NCBI GenBank assembly: GCA_028716725.1
Contig: JAQUPG010000007.1
Span: 10,205 to 74,204 of the forward strand
Source: Patescibacteria group bacterium
Lineage (GTDB): Bacteria; Patescibacteriota; Patescibacteriia; Patescibacteriales; JAQTRU01
Direction of reading: 5' to 3'
DNA: 64,000 bases
Part shown: piece after piece, positions 24,773-32,959 of the stretch
Position numbering within the stretch: the stretch's first letter is position 1
How the letters are laid out: each line of letters opens with the position of its first letter
Translations under genes and position numbers: made by a program
The notes under the pieces: generated by a model
What the model was told of the DNA's origin: nothing
Database searches by the model: none
Seen by the model: only the letters and a program-made list of their open reading frames with translations

Positions 24773-25717
24773 TTATTTTCTCTTCACCCTAATCAGTCCG
24801 GAAACTGGCACTACTTTTATCCCTTTCTTTTCCAGCTCGTCCAAAAATAAATTCAAGCCCAAGGAATCGGAAGCCATATGCCCGGCAATTACGACATTAA
24901 TATGGGCTTTCTCCGCTTCTTTCCGGTGCTCTTCACTCATATGCATGCCGATAACCGTGCCAATGCCGTATTGGGACATTTTTTCGTAAATATCCTTTGA
25001 GCCAGAAGTGCCGCCGGTAAATTCCGTTACCACAACCTTGCCGCATCTGTCATCCGGATTGCCGACAAACAACTTTGGGCCGGCCTTGCGGGCAGCCGCT
25101 TCCTTAAATTCCGGAATTTCTTTTAACAGTTTTAAAATATCTTCCACAAACTCCGGTTTCTTTTTGGTAAGCAATTTTTCTAAATAAGTCGCTCCCAAAT
25201 TATCGCAAGGAGTATGAACGCACATGAAATTCAAGCCCAAAATTTTTGCCATATCAACGCTGCGGTTATGGTTAGCCGAGGACACGCCGCGGCCGACTTC
25301 GGAAATCCGCGGTTTTATGACTGACTCGGCAATATTAATCGGCACGCCATATCCAGCCAAAACTTCGGATTGCAGGTCCATTACGCCGTGCAAGTCGGCC
25401 AAAGCCGGTCCTTCCGGATGATGGGCAATTACTAAGTCTATATCGCCCAATTTATCAGCCAGCAGCAATTCTTCTCCCTCCATATCAACTCCGATTAAAA
25501 CCTTTTTTATTTCTTTCTTCCCTCCGGAAAATAAAATTCTAGAGTCGCTGTAAGGATTGGTTAATTTTTCCTCATCAAATTCTTCCTTTTCTTCTTTATT
25601 CATTTTGTCATACTTAGCCTCTAGCCTGGCTAAATTTTTTCTGACATTTTTCTCGCCGCGAAGGTCAGCTTTAATGCCCATCTTCACCGCTAAATCGTAG
25701 ATTTGTTGGATAGTCAT
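24773..25717 (-). CDS. NIF3-like (dinuclear-metal-centre) family protein
   Basis: DLVIAHHPEG and C-terminal ...AGHMASD... resemble the NIF3 metal ligands. The insert is atypical, so confidence is moderate. Confidence 0.6.
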   Translation of the reverse strand: MTIQQIYDLAVKMGIKADLRGEKNVRKNLARLEAKYDKMNKEEKEEFDEEKLTNPYSDSRILFSGGKKEIKKVLIGVDMEGEELLLADKLGDIDLVIAHHPEGPALADLHGVMDLQSEVLAGYGVPINIAESVIKPRISEVGRGVSSANHNRSVDMAKILGLNFMCVHTPCDNLGATYLEKLLTKKKPEFVEDILKLLKEIPEFKEAAARKAGPKLFVGNPDDRCGKVVVTEFTGGTSGSKDIYEKMSQYGIGTVIGMHMSEEHRKEAEKAHINVVIAGHMASDSLGLNLFLDELEKKGIKVVPVSGLIRVKRK

Positions 25718-25816
25718 ATGTTTTCACGAAACATGCAGTATGAAACATGTAACACTATTAATTTTCAATTTTTAATTTTTAAACAATTTTTAATTTTTAA
25801 ATTCTTAAAAGTTTTG

Positions 25817-25957
25817 AAAATCACCATGGGGTTCGGGGGCCGAACTGAGCGCCAGGGCGAGCATATCTAAAGATTAATCAACGTGATAGCGAATTGAGGC
25901 CCCCGAAACTTCCTGCCTGCCGGCAGGCAGGTTGCCTACTTTTGGTTACAAAAGTAA
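25817..25957. repeat. Structured intergenic repeat, copy A (~95-nt core plus palindrome plus hairpin tail)
   Basis: aaaatcaccatggggttcgggggccgaactgagcgccagggcgagcatatctaaagattaatc...gcgaattgaggcccccgaaactt is near-identical to 29015-29109. ttcgggggcc pairs with ggcccccgaa 60 nt away. The tail hairpin acttttg-gtta-caaaagt is shared. Confidence 0.85.
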
Positions 25958-26028
25958 GTCTTAGCGAAGCGTCTATCTCATCTACCTAATCTTATAAATA
26001 ATACAGCAATATTAGTATTATGTCAATT

Positions 26029-26910
26029 TTACCATGAACCGGAAGAACCTCCACCACCAGATCCGCCTCCGCCAAATCCGCCGAAACCGCCTCCGCCAAA
26101 TCCTCCCCCGCCCCCGCGCCCTCCGCCAATCCACCAGGGAATTGTGCCGCTGGCTTTATGTTTGGCATAGTTCTTCGAAACGATAAAATCAAACAATAGG
26201 CCAAAAGGAATTAAAATTACCAAAGAAACCAAGCCGAAAATAACAAAACCCTTTATTATTCCGATGATCACGCCGATTACTCCCCCAACAACTCCACCGG
26301 CCCACCAGGACTTGCTTCGGCCTAAGATGCTGGCCAGCCATATAACCGCGAAAAGCCCAAACCAAAAAATATTCTCCCAGGCCTGCGAACTTAGGACCTT
26401 AGCCGGTTCGCTTTCCGGAAGGTACTCGCCCTGCGTTGCCGCCATTATTTTATCAACTGCCTGGTCTATGCCTTGATAATATTTTTCCTGCCGAAAAGCC
26501 GGCTTCATTATATCGTTAATAATCCAGAAACTCTGGGCGTCGGTTAAAGCCCCTTCCAGACCATAACCTACTTCAATCCGCATTTTTCTATCTTCTTTAG
26601 CAACTAAAACTAAAATGCCGTTATCGTTTTTAGCTTTACCGATTTTCCAGTCTTCAAAAAGCCGGACGGCAAAATTTTCAATCGTATCCCCATCTAAACT
26701 CGGAATGATCACGACCGCGATTTCATTGCTTGTCTGGCTTTCAAAATTAACCAGTTTCGCTTCCAGACTCTGCCGCTGGCTCTCGCTCATCATCCCTGCA
26801 TAATCATTAACAAATCCAGCCGGCGTTCCCGGATTATAATAAGCCAAAGCCGGCATTGCCACAAACAATAACAATATAACCAATATTATCTTTTTCAATA
26901 ATTTAAACAT
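26029..26910 (-). CDS. TPM-domain protein (YgcG-like) with TM segments and a Gly-rich tail
   Basis: GFVNDYAGMMSESQRQSLEAKL...IAVVIIPSLDG...ILVLVAKEDRKMRIEVGYGLEG is the TPM signature. Confidence 0.9.
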   Translation of the reverse strand: MFKLLKKIILVILLLFVAMPALAYYNPGTPAGFVNDYAGMMSESQRQSLEAKLVNFESQTSNEIAVVIIPSLDGDTIENFAVRLFEDWKIGKAKNDNGILVLVAKEDRKMRIEVGYGLEGALTDAQSFWIINDIMKPAFRQEKYYQGIDQAVDKIMAATQGEYLPESEPAKVLSSQAWENIFWFGLFAVIWLASILGRSKSWWAGGVVGGVIGVIIGIIKGFVIFGLVSLVILIPFGLLFDFIVSKNYAKHKASGTIPWWIGGGRGGGGGFGGGGFGGFGGGGSGGGGSSGSW

Positions 26911-27042
26911 TTTTCTCTAAAACTAAAAAGTTAAAACGAAAAACTTAAATCTGTATCTTAAATCTAAAAACTAATAAAATTGCCAAACTTTTAAGTTTTT
27001 AGATATGGCTTTTACTTTTTAGATTTTAGTTTTTAGCTTTCA

Positions 27043-27597
27043 TTAAAATTCAACTTTTGGCGCTGTTTCTGCTCCTTCAACCGATTCAAAATAAGTTTTT
27101 TCTCCGAACCCGAACATGGAAGCAAACCATTCGGCCGGAACGCGCTTAACCATAACGTTAAAGTCCCGGGCCATGTCATTATATCTTTTGCGCTCCACGC
27201 TGATCCGGTTTTCTGTGCCTTCCAATTGCACCATCAAAGTCTGGACATTCTCGGCTGATTTTAACTCCGGATAATTTTCCATAACAACCAATAAACGGGC
27301 TAAAGAGCTTTCCACCTGACTGGCTGCTTCCGCTTTTTCGTTAACGGTCGTAGCTCCGGCATATCTGGTTCTCGCTTCAGCGATGTTGCCGAACACTTCC
27401 TGCTCCTGCGACATCATGCCCTTAACTGATTCTACTAAATTAGGGATTAAATCAAAACGGCGTTGATACTGGGTTTCTACCTGCGCCCAGGCGTTATCAA
27501 CGTTTTCCGACCCGGTAACCATCTTGTTATAAAGGCTCCAAGCGTAACTGGCCACAATAACCACGACGATTACCAGTACAATCAAAAATTTTTTCAT
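27043..27597 (-). CDS. LemA family protein
   Basis: N-terminal TM plus VDNAWAQVETQYQRRFDLIPNLV. The usual LemA-TPM gene pair. Confidence 0.9.
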   Translation of the reverse strand: MKKFLIVLVIVVVIVASYAWSLYNKMVTGSENVDNAWAQVETQYQRRFDLIPNLVESVKGMMSQEQEVFGNIAEARTRYAGATTVNEKAEAASQVESSLARLLVVMENYPELKSAENVQTLMVQLEGTENRISVERKRYNDMARDFNVMVKRVPAEWFASMFGFGEKTYFESVEGAETAPKVEF

Positions 27598-27678
27598 AAG
27601 TTCCCCTTGTCATTCCGGCCTCTGAGCCGGAATCCAGAATATCGGACCCCGGTCTAAGCTCAGAATAACAAATTAAAT

Positions 27679-28725
27679 TTATATTATTTTAATATTTAAT
27701 TTCACAGTTTTCCCCCTTGCCTTGGTCGCATACCACCCCGTCAACAATCCCGCCATTTCCAAAATTTTTTCTTCATTTTTAATTTCATCCAGCTTCAATT
27801 CTCTAACATTAAACTTTTTCGGAATCTGTAATTCAAAATTTCGTAATTTGTAAATTTGTAAATTTGTAAATTTGTAAATTCTCACTATTGTGAGCGGCCC
27901 TATTACCTCTTCCAACTCCATTATTATATCACCCTTTTTAGCTAATTTCTCTAGCGTCTGGCACTCTTCTTTATTTCTGCCCATCACTATTAAAGTTTTT
28001 CCTCCTAGCCAAAAAATTCGGCCATGCTTTAATAACTCTATATCTTCCGGTCCGCATTCCGGCCAATTTTTTATCATCTCCCGAGCTCTTTGGCTAAAAA
28101 CCGGGTCAGTAAGTAAGCAGCCTCCGGCCGGAGAAGGATAGGTAAAACCGTACTTTTCCGCCAATTTCATCTGCTTTTCTCTTGTTCTGCCGCTTATATC
28201 TAATAATTTTTTTCTATTTACCAGTCTTTTTTTCTCAATTTCCGTTTCCGGCAAAGCTAAAGCTGATAAAGGCCGCAAAACTTCTATTCCAGCCAGCTTT
28301 TTAACTCTTTCTAAAGCTCCGCCATTTTGCGACATCGGCCTCTGCCCTAAAACTTCACCCGTGGCAATAAAGTCATAACCTCTCCCCCTTACTCCCCCTC
28401 TCCTAATTAGGAGAGGGGGCTGGGAGGTGAGGTATTCCCCGGCCCGCTTTATCATTAAGGCGTGGCAGTCAATGCAAGGATTTAAACATTTTCCATAACC
28501 CGAAGCCGGATTTTTTACCATCTCCAAATGCTCTTTTTTAAATTCTATTTTTTTAAATTCAATGCCTAATTGCTGCGCCGCTTTCTCGGCTTTGGCTGTT
28601 CCAAAAAAACAACTGGCAAAGCTAATCCCCGTCACTTCTATGCCCTGTTCCATTAAAATTTTTGCCGCCAGCATCGAGTCCAACCCGCCAGAAAGCAGCA
28701 CCAAAGCTTTTATCTTCTTCTTCAT
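27679..28725 (-). CDS. PP-loop ATP pyrophosphatase, ThiI/MnmA-like tRNA sulfurtransferase family
   Basis: PP-loop LLSGGLDSMLAA and NPCIDCH. It carries two in-frame repeat insertions (see repeats 27845 and 28394). Confidence 0.55.
   Translation of the reverse strand: MKKKIKALVLLSGGLDSMLAAKILMEQGIEVTGISFASCFFGTAKAEKAAQQLGIEFKKIEFKKEHLEMVKNPASGYGKCLNPCIDCHALMIKRAGEYLTSQPPLLIRRGGVRGRGYDFIATGEVLGQRPMSQNGGALERVKKLAGIEVLRPLSALALPETEIEKKRLVNRKKLLDISGRTREKQMKLAEKYGFTYPSPAGGCLLTDPVFSQRAREMIKNWPECGPEDIELLKHGRIFWLGGKTLIVMGRNKEECQTLEKLAKKGDIIMELEEVIGPLTIVRIYKFTNLQIYKLRNFELQIPKKFNVRELKLDEIKNEEKILEMAGLLTGWYATKARGKTVKLNIKII
27845..27879. repeat. In-frame heptamer array (AATTTGT)x5 inside the PP-loop ATPase gene
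   Basis: Read directly. It encodes ...IYKFTNLQIYKLRNFELQ... on the minus strand. Confidence 0.85.
28394..28419. repeat. 26-nt perfect G+C-rich palindrome embedded in-frame in the PP-loop ATPase gene
   Basis: ccccctctcctaattaggagaggggg. It encodes PPLLIRRGG within the Pro/Gly/Arg-rich stretch TSQPPLLIRRGGVRGRG. Confidence 0.9.
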
Positions 28726-28730
28726 AAATA

Positions 28731-28988
28731 TTAAAAACCAATAATCTGATAGCCATACTTATCAACTTCTTCTTTTGGCCAAAAATTCGTTTCTTTTACT
28801 TTTAAGATATATTTCACTTCCTTTTCCAAACTTCGGCCGGTATATTCTTTCTTTTTCGGATCCCATTCCTGCAAAACCAAAATATCGCCTTCGCCGATAT
28901 TAAAGTCCGCCAGCCGCAACTCAAAATTCTTTCTGCCGTCCAAAATCGCCTGAAAATATTCCGGCCAAATTTTTTTCTCAATTTTCAT
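28731..28988 (-). CDS. ASCH/DUF3850-like small protein
   Basis: KKIWPEYFQAILDGRKNFELRLADFNIGEGDILVLQEW resembles the DUF3850 (PUA/ASCH fold) signature. Start taken at MKIEKK. Confidence 0.65.
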   Translation of the reverse strand: MKIEKKIWPEYFQAILDGRKNFELRLADFNIGEGDILVLQEWDPKKKEYTGRSLEKEVKYILKVKETNFWPKEEVDKYGYQIIGF

Positions 28989-29014
28989 ATTAAAATTTTC
29001 CAATCAACTATTTT

Positions 29015-29135
29015 AAAATCACCATGGGGTTCGGGGGCCGAACTGAGCGCCAAGGCGAGCATATCCAAAGATTAATCCAGGGACTAGCGAATTGAGGCCC
29101 CCGAAACTTTTGGTTACTTTTGGTTACAAAAGTAA
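29015..29135. repeat. Structured intergenic repeat, copy B
   Basis: Same core as 25817-25911, with a few substitutions outside the 10-bp clamp. The tail has a duplicated acttttggtt before the shared hairpin. Confidence 0.85.
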
Positions 29136-29180
29136 CTCGCTGAAAGCGAAACTTTCCTGGCACCAACAACTCAAATATTT

Positions 29181-32105
29181 TTAACGTTTCTCTACGCGTA
29201 AAACAATTTCCTCTCCATTAATCTTCACCTTCTTGCCCTCACCGCCAGCGCGTATTTCATCAGCCAAAGTATCTTTCTTTATTTCTTCGCCAAATTTCTC
29301 AAAAACTTCTTTTATTTCTTTATTCTTCGTTTCGTAATAAATCACGGCTCTGTCTTGAATAGTCATCCCGGTTTCTTTGCGCAAATTATTTATCGCCCGC
29401 ACCAGTTCCCGTTTTACACCTTCTTGCACTAATTCCGGCGTCATTTTTGTATCCAGCTCAACTGTCAATTCTTTCCCTTCAACAAATTTCACTTCCTTCA
29501 CGTTTAGTTCATCTTTTATAAGTTCTCCATATTCTTTTGGTAATTCGTAATTCGTAATTCGTAATTCGCTAAGCGGTTGTCGCACTTTTATCCCGGATTG
29601 ATCCCGTTTACCTAACCCCATCTCCACAATCTTTCTCACCACTTCCATTTTCTCTAAAACCTTCTCATCAATCCATTCTTTCTTCACATCAGCCCATTCT
29701 TTAAGATGCACTGATTCAACATCTGCGCCCAATTCCTGATAAATATGTTCAGCCATAAAGGGCATAAACGGCGCCATAATCCGCGCCAAATGATACAAAG
29801 TCCGGCGCAAAATTTTTAACGCCCGCATTTTGTCAACTTCATCATCGCCTTTGAAGCGGTCTCTGGACCGGCGGACATACCAGGTTGATAAATCGTTTAT
29901 AAAAATCGGAATTTCGCGAATGGCCTGCAAATCATAATTATCCATTTTTTCCGTTACCACTTTTTTAGTCTCTTCCAAACGTGAAGTTATCCATTTATCT
30001 AGAATATTAACTAAATCTTTTTTCTCTAAATTTTCAATCTTTAAATCAGTGGCAAACATCTTATAGAAAGATAGAACATTGAGTAAAATATTAAAAAATC
30101 TGGTTTGCTCCGCCATATCTTTCTCGGAAAAATTTATGTTGTCGGCCTTCATTACCGGCGAAGCGCAAAGATAATAGCGCAAAGGATCAGCCCCGTACTT
30201 ATCCATTACTTCCATCGGGTCAGGATAATTCTTAAGCCGCTTAGACATCTTTTTTCCGTCTTCGGCCAAAACTATGCCGTTAACAATAACATTCTTAAAA
30301 GCGTGGCTTTTCTTTATTCCGGTGGCAATGGCGTGCAGATAATAAAACCAAGCCCTTGTCTGGTCAACGCCCTCGGCAATAAATTCGGCCGGAAAATTGG
30401 CTTCAAATTTTTTCTTATTCTCAAACGGATAATGCATTTGCGCGTAGGGCATTGACCCGGACTCAAACCAGCAATCTATCACATCCGGAATGCGTTTCAT
30501 AACTCCCCCGCATTTGCAGGCAAAAGTAATTTTATCTACCACATGCTTATGCAGATCCGTAATTTTTTGTTTGCTCAATTTTTCCAGTTCCTCAACCGAG
30601 CCAATCACTTTTCTTTCTCCGCAAGCACATTCCCAAATCGGAATAGCCGAAGCCCAATATCTCTGCCGCGAAATTGACCAGTCCCGCGCCCCTTCCAGCC
30701 AGTTGCCAAACCGGCCTTCTTTAATATGAGCCGGCACCCAGTTTATTTTCTTGGCCAATTTCAGCATTTTCGATTTTATTTTCGTAATCTTAACAAACCA
30801 GGAAGAAGTGGCGTAATTAAGAAGCGGGGTTTCGCAACGCCAGCAATGCGGATAGCTGTGCTCATATTTTTCCTTAGAAAATAAAAATCCCTTACCATCC
30901 AGATATTTCTTAATTTCCTCATCGGTTTTCATAACGTCCTCGGCTGGTTTAACATGTAGGCCGGCAAAATCCTTTGCTTCTTCTTTAATAATTCCGTCCA
31001 TGCCAACGTGCTGAACAAATGGTAAATTTTTCTCTTTGCCCAAATTCATATCATCCTCGCCAAAAGCCGGGGCAATATGAACTATGCCTGTTCCTTCTTC
31101 GGTTGTTACAAAATCCGCGGCATAAACTTTCCACCCGTTTTCTCTATTTCCTAATTTTTCATCAGAAGAATAATAACCAAATAATGGCCTATATTTTTTA
31201 CCGACTAAATTTTTTCCTTTTAGGGGTCTCGCTTTTTTAGTATAATCTTTTTCTGCAATTTCGGGATAAAATTTTAATGTATCTTGCACTCTATCTAAAG
31301 CTAAGATGTAAGATTCTCCACTCTTTTCTTCTCTAATTTTTATATAGTTAATATCTTCGCCCACTGCCAAAGCAACATTACCAATCAAAGTCCATGGGGT
31401 GGTAGTCCATGCCAAAAGATATGTTCCCGGTTCGTCTTCCAGTTCAAACTTAACGGTCACGGATAAATCTTTAACTATCTTATACCCTTCCGCCACTTCT
31501 GATTGCGATAAAGTGGTTTCGCATCTGGGGCAGATATGCATTGACCGATAATCTTTATAAATCAACTCCTTATCCCAAAGCTCTTTAAACACCCACCAAA
31601 CAGACTCCATATAATCTAAGTCCATGGTCTTATAAGCGTTTTCCATATCCACCCACCGGCCCATTCTTCTTACGGTTTTCTCCCATTCTTTGGCATAAAC
31701 CAAAACTTTGCTTCGGCATTGTTCGTTAAATTTTTCCACCCCGATTTCTTCAATATCTTTCTTGCTTTTAGTCTTCATCTCCTTTTCCACGATATTTTCA
31801 ATCGGCAAGCCATGGCAGTCCCAACCCCATCTGCGCTCTATCCGATAGCCCTTCATCGTCCAGTACCGCGGCACAATATCTTTCATTAAACTAGCCACAA
31901 TATGCCCATAATGCGGCGTACCGGTCGCAAACGGCGGCCCGTCATAGAAAACATAATCCTTTCTACCCCCTTGAAAAAGGGGGCTAGGGGGATTATTTAC
32001 GGATTTTTCAAAAATTTTATTTTTCTCCCAAAAATTCAAAACCTCCTCTTCCATAGCCGGCCAGGAGCTCTTTCTATCTATATTTTTATCCTTTTCTTTC
32101 ACCAT
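29181..32105 (-). CDS. ileS: Isoleucyl-tRNA synthetase
   Basis: HIGH motif PHYGH, KMSKS motif KMSKRL, CP1 editing region, 974 aa. Confidence 0.95.
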   Translation of the reverse strand: MVKEKDKNIDRKSSWPAMEEEVLNFWEKNKIFEKSVNNPPSPLFQGGRKDYVFYDGPPFATGTPHYGHIVASLMKDIVPRYWTMKGYRIERRWGWDCHGLPIENIVEKEMKTKSKKDIEEIGVEKFNEQCRSKVLVYAKEWEKTVRRMGRWVDMENAYKTMDLDYMESVWWVFKELWDKELIYKDYRSMHICPRCETTLSQSEVAEGYKIVKDLSVTVKFELEDEPGTYLLAWTTTPWTLIGNVALAVGEDINYIKIREEKSGESYILALDRVQDTLKFYPEIAEKDYTKKARPLKGKNLVGKKYRPLFGYYSSDEKLGNRENGWKVYAADFVTTEEGTGIVHIAPAFGEDDMNLGKEKNLPFVQHVGMDGIIKEEAKDFAGLHVKPAEDVMKTDEEIKKYLDGKGFLFSKEKYEHSYPHCWRCETPLLNYATSSWFVKITKIKSKMLKLAKKINWVPAHIKEGRFGNWLEGARDWSISRQRYWASAIPIWECACGERKVIGSVEELEKLSKQKITDLHKHVVDKITFACKCGGVMKRIPDVIDCWFESGSMPYAQMHYPFENKKKFEANFPAEFIAEGVDQTRAWFYYLHAIATGIKKSHAFKNVIVNGIVLAEDGKKMSKRLKNYPDPMEVMDKYGADPLRYYLCASPVMKADNINFSEKDMAEQTRFFNILLNVLSFYKMFATDLKIENLEKKDLVNILDKWITSRLEETKKVVTEKMDNYDLQAIREIPIFINDLSTWYVRRSRDRFKGDDEVDKMRALKILRRTLYHLARIMAPFMPFMAEHIYQELGADVESVHLKEWADVKKEWIDEKVLEKMEVVRKIVEMGLGKRDQSGIKVRQPLSELRITNYELPKEYGELIKDELNVKEVKFVEGKELTVELDTKMTPELVQEGVKRELVRAINNLRKETGMTIQDRAVIYYETKNKEIKEVFEKFGEEIKKDTLADEIRAGGEGKKVKINGEEIVLRVEKR
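29542..29569. repeat. In-frame heptamer array (TAATTCG)x4 inside ileS
   Basis: Read directly. It encodes ...SELRITNYELPKEY... on the minus strand. Confidence 0.9.
31966..31983. repeat. Perfect G+C-rich hairpin embedded in-frame near the ileS 5' end
   Basis: ccccctt-gaaa-aaggggg, followed by ctaggggg. It encodes part of NNPPSPLFQGGRKD just upstream of the HIGH region. Confidence 0.85.
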
Positions 32106-32226
32106 AATAAAGTTTTATTTTTATTCGCAAAATTCGTATTCATAATTCGTAGATTAGCATTCATTCGTAGATTAGTATCATACTTCTAAAATAACCTAAA
32201 AAATGATAAAAGTCAAAGAATAATTA

Positions 32227-32261
32227 TAAAAAATCAGCGCCCTCAAACGCTGATTTTTTTT
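32227..32261 (-). terminator. Bidirectional-looking terminator after the 32267 gene
   Basis: atcagcg-ccctcaaa-cgctgat flanked by an A-run and a T-run. Confidence 0.7.
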
Positions 32262-32266
32262 ATTAA

Positions 32267-32815
32267 CTATTGTAAAGACAAAAGACATTGCCTTGTTACG
32301 TCTGCCATGATGTCAAATCCTCTGGCCATAAAACGGCCAATATCCCCTCCTGTGTTCAAAAAGAAACTATAATATAATCCGGCTCCTATTTGTTTGTAAG
32401 CTTCGGGAGTCATATTGCGATGATTGCTTCTTTCCGGAAAAACCGAGCAGAAAAGAAAACAAATATCCGCTCCCTGTTTTATTAATATCGGGTTTCCCTC
32501 CTCTATGCCTTTGATAAAGTAGTCAACCGCAAACCAGCTTTCCGGCACGGAAAAAGAAATCTTTCGGAGTAAAACGGCAATATACCTACCGCAAATAAAG
32601 AAACCGGGAGCAAAAAGTCGGCGGGTAAGCAATATATCCGATATTACTCTTTCAAAAATGATTTCCAGCTTTTGCTCGTTAACTACGAGCATACCGTTGC
32701 CAATTTCTTCTACAAAGTCCTCTCTTAAATCAACTGCTCGAGCAATAAGTCCAGACAAATCCATTTGTTCAATTGCTCTTTGCCTGGCCTCATCAAAGTT
32801 AATTATATCTCCCAT
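32267..32815 (-). CDS. Hypothetical protein
   Basis: SD ataaggaggaaaat and a TTGACA-type promoter upstream. No motif recognised. Confidence 0.6.
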   Translation of the reverse strand: MGDIINFDEARQRAIEQMDLSGLIARAVDLREDFVEEIGNGMLVVNEQKLEIIFERVISDILLTRRLFAPGFFICGRYIAVLLRKISFSVPESWFAVDYFIKGIEEGNPILIKQGADICFLFCSVFPERSNHRNMTPEAYKQIGAGLYYSFFLNTGGDIGRFMARGFDIMADVTRQCLLSLQ

Positions 32816-32959
32816 CTATATTTTCCTCCTTATCAAATTTAAAGAACTCTTTTCTTTTATATTATAAAAAAATAATTATTTTGTCAAAATAAAAACCCGC
32901 GGCATCAATCCACCACGGGTTAACTTTGTTCCTTTCCTTTTTATAACCGAAGACTTTTC

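Noticed and set aside
25826-25870. A micro-ORF (MGFGGRTERQGEHI) starting at the ATG inside the structured repeat.
   Set aside because: There is no SD, and the length differs between the two copies (14 versus 23 codons). The same nucleotides form the G+C clamp, so an RNA or DNA structural role is the simpler explanation. It is kept only as a note in the findings.
25992-26204. ORF 25992..26204 (-), and the Gly-rich region at 26029-26130 considered as a separate repeat feature.
   Set aside because: It is an alternative frame of the Gly-rich C-terminal tail of the TPM-domain protein. GGN-rich low complexity explains the open frame.
32106-32266. A possible T-box riboswitch upstream of ileS.
   Set aside because: The region is only about 160 nt. 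It lacks the conserved T-box sequence and stem I features and is made of simple repeated words.
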